A stretch of 64,000 nucleotides of DNA from the human T2T-CHM13v2.0 reference genome, Homo sapiens, in assembly GCA_009914755.4 (NCBI GenBank), contig CP086569.2, forward strand, positions 17,440,001 to 17,504,000, in the 5' to 3' direction. The translations under genes and the position numbers were made by a program. This document shows positions 1 through 10,990 of this stretch, in pieces (position 1 is the stretch's first letter; each line of letters begins with the position of its first letter). The notes below the pieces were generated by a model, which was not told where the DNA came from, did no database searches, and was given only the letters and a program-made list of their open reading frames with translations.

Positions 1-125
1 TTTTCCATGGATCTGTGGGTGGAGTGTAGATGGTTTCAGGCTGAAACTGCTCCACCTAAGATCATCAGGTGTTAGATTCTCATAAAGAGTGCACAAACCA
101 GATCCCTCTCATGTACCAGTCAATG
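1..125 (-). repeat. Fragment of an interspersed repeat family I recognise but cannot name. It is the reverse complement of the copy at 25240-25800. Motif: ccacctaagatcatcaggtgttagattctcataa.
   Basis: Sequence motif shared in opposite orientation with 25240-25800. Matches a widespread mammalian repeat consensus recalled from memory. Confidence 0.3.
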
Positions 126-149
126 GCCTTGGGGTAAGGGACTCCTGTT

Positions 150-900
150 CTGCCTTATGCTTCAATGTGTAGACATTATTAATCTCCAAGTTGTAAGTTA
201 GTACACATGGTTTTTGTCTTTCTGTTTCTGAGTTGTTTTACTTGAGATAATGGCCCCCAGTTGCATGCATGTTGCTGCAAAAAACAAACAAATAAACAAA
301 AAAAAGGTTTCATTCTTTTTTATGGCTTAATAATATTCTATTGTGTACATATACCACATTTTGTTCATGAAATCATCTATTGATGGACACTTAATTTGCT
401 TCCGTATCTTCTCTATTGTGAATATTACTGTAATAAACATGTGAGTACAGGTATATTTTTGATATAATGATTTATTTTCTTCTGGGTGGATACCCAGTAG
501 TAGGATGGCTAGATCAAATGGTAGTTACACTTTTAGTTTTCTGAAGAATCTCTACAGTGTTTTCCATAGAGATTGTACTAATTTATATTCCTACCAACTA
601 TGTATAAGCATTCTTTTTTTTTTAACCTCACCAATATCTGTTACTTTTTGTCTTTAATAATAGTCATTTTAACTGGTGTATGATGGTATCTCATTGTAAT
701 TTTAACCTGCATTTCTCTAATTATTTCAGCAATTTTTCATATGTTTGTATAAGTATTTGTATATCTCCTTTGAAAAATAGCTATTTATGTTTTTTGCCTA
801 CTCCTTAATGGAGTTCCATGGTTTTAGTTGTTTTTGTTGATGTTTTTGAGTTTCTACTAATTCTGGATCTATATTTCAATTGAGGATTAACTTGCAAACA
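150..900 (-). mobile_element. Old L1 (L1M/L1P-type) fragment covering the ORF2 3' region, minus orientation.
   Basis: Reverse-complement similarity to the L1 ORF2 3' region. Example: ttttatggcttaataatattctattgtgtacatataccacattt..attgatggacac vs L1 ttttatggctgcatagtattccatggtgtatatgtgccacatttt..attgatggacat. Confidence 0.6.
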
Positions 901-1027
901 ATGTTGGTTTTTATTTTTTCCACAGAGATACAAAGTTATTACATAAATTTATAAACTGGAGCTGCAATATGGATTAGATAATAAACACATTCTTTCAATT
1001 ATTTTGTACATATGCATAAAAAGATTT

Positions 1028-1100
1028 TTTAATTATAATTTAAGTTTTAGGGTACATGTGCACAATGTGCAGGTTTGTTACATATTAGGAGATATACTTA
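1028..1100 (-). mobile_element. Short L1 3'-end fragment (rc).
   Basis: The motif taagttttagggtacatgtgcacaatgtgcaggtttgttacata is the reverse complement of the L1 3' UTR end. Confidence 0.6.
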
Positions 1101-1947
1101 ATGTTAAAAAAGATTATTCTTAAGAGAGAACTATAACGTTAATTTCTCAGATCTTCTTATAAATTTTAGTACACTGGAGATTGTATCATACATTATTACA
1201 ACAGCTTCCACAATTAAATGAATTCTAATCATATTTTGTAGAATATAAAGTAGTAATGTATAACATCAAATTAATAAAAATATTTTAATCTGATTTCTTC
1301 ATAAATGTAATAACTAGTAATTTAGCTATTCTTTTTGAAAGACGTGATCACAAAAAAGGAACTAATCTCTCAACAAATATATAAGCATATTATTTGCATA
1401 TAAATATATTATTTGCATAAGTTTATAAATTTAGCTTTATTTTCTCCTAATAACATTAACACAGGAACTGTATTCAGCATTAAACCTTTGAGCACAGATT
1501 CTTCATTTTAAGATATAAAAGTTATTGACATGAGATTTATAATATTTTAATCATTGTAATATTTTAATTATTGTTGTAATATAATGGCATATTCACCAGA
1601 TTCTTGAGAAAAGATTGCTCTAATCAGCCTATTTATTTAAAATTGTTTAAGATAGGTAAGTGTTCCTAGCTTAGCAGTTATTGCAATCAGAAATGGGAAG
1701 ACTTCAAGAATTTCTATGTTGCTCTTCGGAAGTGTAAAGTCATTTAGCTGTATGATCCTTTATTGCCATTTTTTTTCTGACAGATTTTATGAATTTATCT
1801 TTGTCTCAAAAGTTCATCATGTTGTATTAATGTGAGTCTATTTTATTTAATATGCGGGTAATTAATTTTTTTCTGGGACCTGGTTTTTCATTTCTGGGAA
1901 AGGCATTATTTTTTAATGTGAATCCTACTGGCAACCTTTTGGACACA

Positions 1948-2241
1948 TTTTTTTCTTTTGAGACAGGATCTCAGCCTGTCAAGCAGCTTGGAGTGCAGTG
2001 GCACCATCAAAGCCCATTGCAGCCTCATCTACCCTGGCTTAAGTGATCCTCTTACCTCAGCTTCCCAAATAGCTGAGACTACAGGTACACACCACCACAC
2101 CTGGATAATTTTGATATCTTTTGTAGACATGGGGTTTTTCCATCTTGCCCAGCATTATCTTAAAGTCCTGGGCTGAAGTTACCTTCTCACCTTGGTCTCC
2201 CAAAGTGCTGAAATTACAGGTGTGAGCCACTGAGCCTGGCC
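1948..2241 (-). mobile_element. Alu SINE, full length, minus orientation.
   Basis: Begins with a T-run plus gagacagg..gcagtggc. Ends with gattacaggtgtgagccactgagcctggcc, the rc of the Alu 5' end. Confidence 0.9.
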
Positions 2242-2244
2242 AGA

Positions 2245-2246
<2 letters not shown>

Positions 2247-2282
<36 letters not shown>
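2247..2282. repeat. Pure poly(T) of 36 nt. This is the A-tail, on the minus strand, of the downstream Alu.
   Basis: Counted directly in the sequence. Confidence 0.95.
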
Positions 2283-2283
<1 letters not shown>

Positions 2284-2470
2284 TCGGGGAGACGGAGTCT
2301 CACTCTGTCGCCAGGCTGGAGTGCAGTGGCTTATGATCTCGGCCCACTGCAACCTCTGCCTCTTGGGTTTCACCACTTTGGCCAGGATGGACTCGATCTC
2401 TTGACATCGTGATCCACCTGTCTCGGTCTCCCAAAGTGCTGGGATTACAGCCGTGACCCACCGTGCCCTG
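2283..2470 (-). mobile_element. Alu SINE with an internal deletion, minus orientation.
   Basis: Contains gagacggagtctcactctgtcgccaggctggagtgcagtgg and ends ..ctgggattacagccgtgacccaccgtgccctg. The middle region is missing. Confidence 0.8.
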
Positions 2471-3160
2471 CAACAGACAAATGTTTATAGATGTTATAGG
2501 TTATACTTTCTCCATGTGTTAATTGCCTTTATTAATTCCTTAATTGTAATTTTAAAATTTTCAAAGTCTTGGCGATTGTATAATCTAAAATTCTCTTCTT
2601 ATTTTTTCAGGTGTGACTCAATTACTTCATTCTACAATCTCTCTTGATAATTTATAAGTGCTTCCTTTTTTATTTTTTATTTTTTCTTAGGTAGGATTTG
2701 AAATTATTCCATTCATTTTTTCTGTCTTTTAACAATAGCACTACCTCCCTATGCAAGTACATACTTTTCCTAATAGTAGTTTCAAATACAATTTTGGCTG
2801 CTTGTCAGTTATATTTTGAATGTGTCTAAAATTATTTAGTTCCTACTCTCTTTTCTACTCATAAAATCAGTTTTATATAGTTATTAACCTATTTCTCTGC
2901 CAACTCCTAAATTTCTACTGAGTCATTTTAGGACATTAAAACCCGACTAGTATTATAATTTTCCTTATGGTATATTTCTTGCTTTTAATAACTTTATTTT
3001 GGCAATGACATAATACATTCATAGTTAATAACCTTTTCCATTTTGCCTTATTGTTCTCCATGGTTTTACACTTTTTCTGTTGAGATATGTGCACAGTTGA
3101 TTTTGCAGACCTTTAAATTAGGTATTGACAATGAAATTCCTTTTAATTAGTTGGGTGCTT

Positions 3161-3470
<310 letters not shown>

Positions 3471-4479
3471 TTTGAATATTCTTATTTAGCTCAGAAAACA
3501 GCTTTTGAGCTGAACTTCCTTAAATGCTATAGTTGCCAATTATATGTCATTGCTATTATTAATATGAATGTTATTGTTACTAATATCATTTTATTGTTGT
3601 TTGTACAACTTACCGTCTGTTTCCTCCAGCAGCTCAGTTTTCTGGGAATGTCATTTATGTGTTCAGATTCCCAGGTCTTCTAATTTGAAGGACTCATTTA
3701 TTTGTGGACTGACTGGATCTTAAACCCTGTTATTAGAGTATTTTAAATTGCTGTGCCTCCTTGGAAGTACAGATAAAATGGTCTCAACCACCATCGGCCA
3801 TTAATCAGCAGAGGTCACCATGGGCAGCCTATGGAAATCAGCAGGGGACGTCTGTGCATTAAAGAAATCAGGCTCACTCACTTTACATCATTGCAGCATC
3901 TGAGGAAATCCCCATGAAACCATTGTCTGCCACTTTCTGGTCCCCACCCTGAGATTTCCTGAAACTGCATTTCTGATCCTTATTGCATCCATGAAGGAGA
4001 GTGCTCCATGTAAATTCCCTTGCTGTCGTTCCAACTACATCCAAACTTCATTCTTACACAACTTTCTGGCGGCCTCAGACATCAAGTCCAGGAGGGTCCA
4101 GTTGCTGGATCCTTGAGTTCAGGTGAATTGAATTGCATTAGAGATATCTTTCCAGAATCACCTTCCACAAATCGTCATTTATGAACTCATATATTACATG
4201 TGTTTCTCATCCTTTTAGTATTAAATATATATCAGATATTTGGCTCAACTGTTTCAATGATTGGGATGGAATGAATGCAGTTTTAGATCATTAATAATAA
4301 CCTGGATTTTTATTATATATATATTTCTAAGAGTTAAAGAAAGAAGAGGGAAACATGAAAAGTGGCTCAACAGTCAAAGGTATGTTTATTTTGGAGAATA
4401 AAAATAAGAGGAACTTCTGGCCAATTTTGATCAGGAGTACTCTCTCTTACAGACTAAGAGTATTTAAGGTTTTATGGCA

Positions 4480-4640
4480 AGATAGCTTATCGCAGGTTTG
4501 GAATGTTTTTGTGTGGAGGAGAAATTTATTGTGGGGTTGGAATGTCTCTGGTTGGAGGGGAGATTATTGCGAGTCTGTCACGTCTCTAGTCGAGGAGGGG
4601 TTTAACTCAGATTTGGAATGTCTCTGATCAGAGATGTCAT
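4480..4640. repeat. Degenerate ~45-bp tandem repeat with three copies of a ttggaatgtctctg core.
   Basis: ggtttggaatgtttttgtgtggagg, ggttggaatgtctctggttggagg and atttggaatgtctctgatcagag are seen in tandem. Confidence 0.4.
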
Positions 4641-5204
4641 TTGTGGTTTATGGTCATGCTGATGTTAGCCATTAGACTGATGCCCTTTGGGTTGGACTTA
4701 GGCAGTTTTTGATAAAGGGGAACTTTAAAATAGCGCTGCTTGTCCAAGATGGTAATGCCTATGCTCTGCCAATATTATGTACAAATACAATTTTCATAAA
4801 TTTCTTAATAAGAAAGTTCCAATCTCCTCTACTCATCTCTTCTTTCAATATCTTCTTTTCTGGTTCCTCTTGTCTCATACCTACTTACCCTGATTGTCAT
4901 CCAAGGACTCAATCCCAGTATCATGAGTCCTAAAAAATATTTTTTCGTACATATTTTGACATAAAGAACACCTGGCTAGAAGCAATATCCCCTGAATGTA
5001 GGTCCTGAGAATGAGACAGCTGACACCTTTTATTAATTGGTAAAGAAGGCGACAAGCTTTGAATGAGACCATAGAGTGGGGGACATTTGTGTGCATGTCA
5101 CTTTCATCCTGTTTTGCTTTTATCTCTCTCCTTTTCTCTCTCTTTCTCCCTCTTTCTATATGTGTTTGTTTTCATATGTGTGTGTGTGTTTTAATTTCTT
5201 TTGT

Positions 5205-6690
5205 TCAATTTTTTTAAATTATACTTTAAGTTCTAGGATACATGAGGAAAACATCCAGGTTTTTTACATAGGTATAGAGATGCCATGGTAGTTTGCTGCA
5301 CCCATCAACCGAACATTGACATTAGCTATTTCTCTAAAGCTGTCCCTCCCTTGGCCCCCCATCCCCTGACAGGCCCCTGTGTTTGATGAACCCTGCCCTG
5401 TGTCCATGTGTTCTCATTGTTCAACTCCCAATTATGAGTGAGAACATGCAATATTTGGTTTTCTGTTCTTGTGTTAGTTTGTTAAGATGATGGTTTCCAA
5501 CTTCATCTATGTCCCTGCAAAGGACACTAACTCATTCTTTTTATGGCTGCATAGCATTCTATGTTGTATATGTGCTACATTTTCTTTATCCAGTCTATTA
5601 TTGATGGGCATTTAGTTTGATTCCAAGTCTTTGCTATTGTGAATAGTGCTCCAATAAACATATGTGTGCGTGTGTCTTTATAGCAGAATGATTTATAATC
5701 CTTTGAGTATATTCCCAGTAATGGAATTGCTAGGTCAAATGATATTTCTTTTTCTAGGTTCTTGAAGAATCGCCACACTTTCTTCCAAACTGGTAAAACT
5801 AATTTACACTGCCACCAACAGTGTAAAAGTATTCCCTATTCCTCCACATTCTCTCCAGCATCTGCTGTTTCCTGACATTTTAATGAATGCCATTCTAACT
5901 TGAGTGAGATGGTATCTCATGGTGGTTTTGACTTGCATTTCTCTAATGACCAGTGACAATGAGCTTTATTTTTTTCTCATATGTTTGTTGGCCGCATAAA
6001 TGTCTCTTTTCAGAAGTGTCTGTTCATATACTTCATCCATTTTTTAATATATTTGTTTGTTTTTTTCTTGTAAATTTGTTTAAGTTCCTTTTAGATTCAG
6101 GATATTAACCTTTTGTCAGATGGACAGATTGCAAAATTTTTCTCTCATTCCATAGTTGGCTCATTCATCCTGATGATTGCTTCTTTTGCTGTGCAGAAGC
6201 TCTTTAGTTTAATTAGATCTCATTTTTCAATTTTGGCTTTTGTTGCCGTTGCTTTTGGTGTTTTAGTCATTTGCTCATGTCTATATACTGAATGGTATTG
6301 CCTAGGTTTTCTTCTACAGTTTTTATGGTTTTAGGTCTTATATTTAAGTCATTAATCCACTTTGATTTAATTTTTGTATAAGGTGTAAAGAAGGGGTCCA
6401 GTTTTAGTTTTCTTCATATGGCTAGCCAGTTTTCCCAACACCATGTATTAAGTAGAGAATCTTTTCCCCATTGCTTGTTTTTATCAGATTTGTCAAAGAC
6501 CAGATGGTTGTAGACATGTGGCATTACTTCTGAGGCCTCTGTTCTGTTCCATTGGTCTATATATCTGTTTTGGTACCAGTATCATGCTATTTTGGTTACT
6601 GTATCCTTGTATTATAGTTTGAAGTCAGGTAGTGTAAACACTCCAGTTTTTTTCTTTTTGCTTAGGATTGTTCTGGCTATATATGGTTCC
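5205..6690 (-). mobile_element. L1 (L1PA/L1PB-type) 3' ~1.5 kb in minus orientation: 3' UTR plus the ORF2 C-terminal region. The rc poly-A is at the left edge.
   Basis: tttttttaaattatactttaagttctagg...gttgatgggtgcagcaaact is the rc of the L1 3' end. It continues through rc ORF2 to ggtaccagtatcatgctattttggttactgta..gcttaggattg. Confidence 0.85.
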
Positions 6691-8348
6691 TGACCCTCAT
6701 GTCTCCTGACTGGGAGACACCTCCCAGCACAGGTTGACAGACATCTCATACAAGAGAGCTCTGGCTGGCATCTGGCAAGTGCTCATCTGGGAAGAAGCTT
6801 CCAGAGGAAAGAACAGGCAGCAAACTTTGCTGTTCTGCAGCCTCCACTGGTGATACCCAGGCAAAAAGTGTCTGGAGTGGACCTCCAGCAAACTCCAGCA
6901 GACCTGCAGCACAGGGGCCTATTAGAAGGAAAACTAACAGAAATGAATAGGTTCAACACCAACAAAAAGGATGTACACCCAAAACCCCATCTGAATTTCA
7001 CCATCATCAAAGACCAATGGTAGATAAATCCACAAAGATGAGGAATAAACAGCACATAAAGGCTGAAAATTCCAAAAACCAGAATGCTGCTTCTCCTCCA
7101 AAGGATCATAACTCCTCACCAGCAAGGTCACAAAACGGGATGGATAATGAGTTTAACAAACTGACAGAAGTAGGCTTCATAAGGTGGGGAATAGCAAACT
7201 CTTCTGACCTAAAGGAGCATGTTCTAACTCAATGCAAGGAAGCTAAGAATCTTGAAAAAAGAGTAGATGAATTTTTAACTAGAATAGTCAGTTTAGAGAA
7301 GAACATGAGTGACCAGATGGAGCTGAAAACACAGCAGGAGAACTTCATGAAGCATACACAAGTATCAATAGTGGAATCAATCAAGGGGAAGAAAAGATAT
7401 AAGAGATTGAAGATCAAATTAATGAAATAAAGGATGAAGACAATATTAGAGAAAAAAGAATAAAAAGGAATGAACAAAGCCTCCAAGAAGTATGGGACTA
7501 TGTGAAAAGACCAAACCTATGTTTGATTGATGTACCTGAATGTGACAGGGACAATGGAACCAAGTTGGAAAACACTCTTTGGTATATCAGCCAGAAGAAT
7601 TTCCCCAGCCTAGCAAGACAGGCCAATATTCAAATTCAGGAAATACAGAGAACACCACAAAGATATTCCTTGAGAAGAGCAACCCCAAGACACATAATCA
7701 TCAGATTCACCAAGGTTGAAATGAAGAAAATAATGTTAAGGGCAGCCAGAGAGAAAGGTTGGGTTACCCACAAAGGGAAGCCCATCAGATTAATGGAACA
7801 TCTATCTGCAGAAATCCTACAAGCCAGAAGAGAGTGGGGGCCAATATTCAGCATTCTTACAGAAAAGCATTTTCAATCCAGAATTTCATATCCAGACAAA
7901 ACAAGAGGCTAAGCAAAGGAGAAATAAAATTCTTTACAGACAAGCAAATGCTGAGAGATTTTGTCACCACCAGGCCTAACTTACAATAGTTCATGAAGGA
8001 AGTGTTAAATATAGAATGGAAGAACTGGTACCAGCCACTGCAAAAACATACAAAATTGTAAAGACCATCAACACTATGAAGAAACTGCAACAACTAATGG
8101 GCAAAATAACCAACTAGCATGATAGTGACAGGGTCAAGTTCACACATAACAATATTAACCTTAAATGTAAACGGGCTAAATGCCCCAGTTAAAAGACACA
8201 GACTGGCAAATTGTATAAAGAGTCATGACCCATCAGTGTGCTGTATTCAAGAGACCCATCTCACGTGCAAAGACACACATAGGCTCAAAATAAAGGGATG
8301 GAGGAATATTTACCAAGTAAATGGAAAGCAAAAAAAAAAAAAAAAAAA
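6691..8348 (+). mobile_element. L1 (L1PA/L1PB-type) segment in plus orientation: distal 5' UTR, ORF1 and the first ~75 codons of ORF2. It ends in an A19 run.
   Basis: The 5' UTR tail agaaggaaaactaacag..catcatcaaagaccaatggtagataaatccacaaagATG is present. ORF-track peptides match L1 ORF1p (KRPNLCLIDVPE..NGTKLENTL..ANIQIQEIQRTPQRYS..TKVEMK..REWGPIF). They also match the ORF2p N-terminus (MIVTGSSSHITILTLNVNGLNAPVKRHRLANCIKSHDPSVCCIQETHLTCKDTHRLKIKGW). Confidence 0.9.
7038..8059 (+). pseudogene. L1 ORF1 remnant (RNA-binding protein ORF1p), broken by frameshifts and stops.
   Basis: Three overlapping ORF-track fragments (7017-7430, 7502-7912, 7759-7989) are collinear with L1 ORF1p but lie in different frames. 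Confidence 0.8.
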
Positions 8349-8404
8349 GGTGTGTTTTAATTTCAATAGCTTTAGAGCTGCAAGTGGCTTTTGATTACAT
8401 GGCT

Positions 8405-8745
8405 GAATCATATAGTGATGAAGTCAGGGATTTTAGCTGACCTGTCACCAGAATAGTGTACAATGTACTCAGTAGGTAGGTTTCATTCCTCACCCTCCTC
8501 CTAGCCTCCCCTTTCTGAGTCTCCAGTGTCCAGTGTCCACTGTGTTTGCCTCTGCATCTTCATACCTCAATTTCCATTCACAAGTGAGAACGTGCAGTAT
8601 CTGGTTTTCAACTCCTAAGTTATTTCACTTAGAATAGAGGCCTCCAGTTACATGAAAGTTGTTTAGAAAGACATTATTTCATTCTATCTTATGGCTGAGT
8701 AGTTGGAATGAGTGTATTTTGTGTTGTATATGGACATCAATTTTG
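8405..8745 (-). mobile_element. Old L1 3'-end fragment (rc), diverged.
   Basis: ccattcacaagtgagaacgtgcagtatctggttttcaactc..ttcattctatcttatggctgagtagt resembles the rc L1 stretch cccacctatgagtgagaacatgcggtgtttggtttt..tttttatggctgcatagt. Confidence 0.5.
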
Positions 8746-8788
8746 AATAGGCAGCAGTGAAAAGTTATGATCTGAATTATAACCCTTA

Positions 8789-8791
<3 letters not shown>

Positions 8792-8826
<35 letters not shown>
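8792..8826. repeat. (CA)n microsatellite, about 17 units.
   Basis: Seen directly in the sequence. Confidence 0.95.
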
Positions 8827-8827
<1 letters not shown>

Positions 8828-8829
<2 letters not shown>

Positions 8830-9135
8830 CATATGTTGAAGCCCCAACTCCCTATGTGACTATATTTGGATTTAGGAATTTTCAGAGAAAATTCAGGTTA
8901 AATAAGATGATATCCATGGGGTCCCAATTCTATAGTACTACTTACCATATAAGAGGAGAAAGAGAGAGATATCCCTTGTTTTTTTCCAACCATGTGAGGC
9001 CACTTTGAGAAGCTGGATGTCTATACGCAAAGAAGGAAACCCTCCCAGAAACAGAAACTTGTGAGAGGAAAAATTGTTCATAATTGTGGAAGGAACCTTC
9101 TTGGACCTTCATCATGGACTTCCCAGCCCCTAGAA
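8828..9135 (+). mobile_element. MaLR-type solitary LTR (MST/MLT-like). Subfamily uncertain.
   Basis: gaagccccaactccctatgtgactatatttgga..aggaattttcag..ccatgtgaggccac..cttggacttcccagcccctagaactgtgaataattaaatttc matches a consensus remembered as a MaLR LTR. That consensus is homologous to THE1. Confidence 0.5.
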
Positions 9136-9229
9136 CTGTGAATAATTAAATTTCTTTTATATAATTGTGAAAGGAAAATATTTTCTTTCCCCAAAATCAC
9201 TAAGCTAAAGGGAAAAGTAAAGCTGGCAA

Positions 9230-9630
9230 CTGCTTAGGGCCAAGCTGCCTCCCATTCTATTAAAAGTCAACCCTCTACTCACTGAGATAAATGCACATCT
9301 GATTGCCTCCTTTGGAGAGGCTAATCACAAACTTAAAAGAATGCAAATATTTTTCTCTTATCTACCCATTACCTGGAAGCCCCCTCCCCACTTCAAGTTG
9401 TCCTACCATTCCAGATGGAACCAATGTTCATCTTACATATGTTGATCAATGTCTCATGTCTACCTAAAATGTATACAACCAAACTGCTCTGACCACCTTG
9501 GACACATGTCATGAGGACGTCCTGAGGCTGTGTCACTGGCACACGTCTTCAACCTTGGAAAAATAAATTTTCAAAATTAACTGAGAACTGTCTCAGATTT
9601 TGGGGGCTCACGTAATGCATCATTTTATTT
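9230..9630 (+). mobile_element. ERV class I-type LTR fragment, 3' part. Family uncertain.
   Basis: The motif accaccttggacacatgtcatgaggacgtcctgaggctgtgtcactggcacacgtcttcaaccttggaaaaataaattttcaaaattaactgagaactgtctcagattttgggggctcac is typical of ERV1 LTR 3' ends. Confidence 0.35.
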
Positions 9631-10194
9631 TGCTATGGCAATCTCAGCACAGTTTCAACCCTTCTTGGTCTTCCGTCGTCTGGAAATCTCTGTTTTCTTT
9701 CAGAAACTTGAGTAATTTTCTTAGTAAGGTATAAATTTAGTATTGTTTAGGTCCCAAGCTCTTCTGCTATGACTGACATACAAAATAATAATGGAGAAAT
9801 ATTTAAAATAGAATCTTATTATCCCCGTATGAGATGCCAGTTGACAACAGAGAAGGGTTCCCTGGGTTGGACTCATGTAGTTGAATATAAAATTATCTAT
9901 TTGTTTGATCTAGGGAATTTCTCCTTTCCATATGGTTCTAAATATTCACCACACCACATTCTCATTCCAAGGAGGAGGAGAAAGTGAGTTCACCTCCCAC
10001 TGGGTAAAACTAAGCAGACCTCATTCTGTCCAGCATAGTAAAAGACAACATTTTGGATCTTCTTCTATGAGAGTGAGAGAATAAATATTTGAGTGCAACA
10101 GAAAATTTCTTCCACTTTTTGTATAATTGCACAATGATTTTGAATCTAACAAGTAAAGATATGTTTAACTGCTTCCATGAATAATAGCTTAATT

Positions 10195-10826
10195 GTATTT
10201 TTTCAACTTTTATTGTAAGTTCTGGGGCACATGTCCAAGATGTGCAGGTTTGTTATACAGGTAAACATGTGCCATGGTGACTCGCTGCACAGAACAACCC
10301 TTTACCGAGGTATTAAGCCCAGAATCAATTAGCTTTTCTTCCTGATGCTGACCTTCCTCCTACCCCTCACTCTGGGATAGGCCCCAGTGTGTTTTGCTCC
10401 CTCCCATGTGTCCATGTTTTCTGATGATTTAGCTCCCACTTATAAGTGAGAATATGTGGTGTCTGGTTTTTAATGCCTGCATTAGTTCGCTGAGGATAAT
10501 GGACTTCAGCTCCATCAATGTCCCTGCAAAGGACATAATCTAATTCCTTTTGATGGCTGCTTAGTATTCCACAGTGTATATATGTCACATTTTCTTTATC
10601 CAGGCTATCATTGATGAGCATTTGGATTGATTCCATGTATTTGCTATTGTAAACAGTGCTTCAGTGAACATATGTGTATATGTATCTTTATAATAAGATG
10701 ATTTCTATTCCTTTCATATGTACTCAGTAATGGGGTGTCCAAAAATGAACACTTTTACATTGGTGGTGGAGATGTCTTGAACTAATTTACTCCACTACCA
10801 ACAGTGTAAAAGTGTTCATTTTTCTC
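10195..10826 (-). mobile_element. L1 (older L1P/L1MA-type) 3' end, ~630 bp, minus orientation.
   Basis: ttttattgtaagttctggggcacatgtccaagatgtgcaggtttgttatacaggtaaacatgtgccatggtgactcgctgcaca is the rc L1 3' UTR. It continues through ..cccacttataagtgagaatatgtggtgtctggtttt..ccaacagtgtaaaagtgttcat. Confidence 0.85.
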
Positions 10827-10939
10827 TGCTTAATTGGTTTTAATAGTGTTGGCTGTTAATTTTTGTTCCTCAACTAATTTAAAAGATGATTCCAGAGATT
10901 CTTAGCTTCCAGTATTGCCCTTCCTAACACTGATTTCTC

Positions 10940-10990
10940 TGTGTGGGTGTCTTTGTGTGTGTGTGTGTATGTGTGTGTGTGTGTGTGTGT
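10940..10990. repeat. (GT)n microsatellite.
   Basis: Seen directly in the sequence. Confidence 0.95.

Noticed and set aside
2179-2376. A 65-aa ORF on the minus strand containing a KKKKKKKKKKKK run.
   Set aside because: This is a translation across the T36/A36 Alu tail between two Alu elements. It is an artefact.
3780-4160. A locally GC-richer, non-repetitive-looking ~380-bp segment that might be an exon or conserved element.
   Set aside because: There is no ORF of meaningful length. There are no obvious splice-site-bounded coding frames or motifs. It may be an old unrecognised repeat or a conserved noncoding element, and I cannot support either from sequence alone.
7017-8394. ORFs of 137, 136, 76 and 91 aa on the plus strand that look like a real coding region.
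   Set aside because: They are fragments of L1 ORF1p and the ORF2p N-terminus, in different frames with stops. This is a decayed retrotransposon, not a cellular gene.
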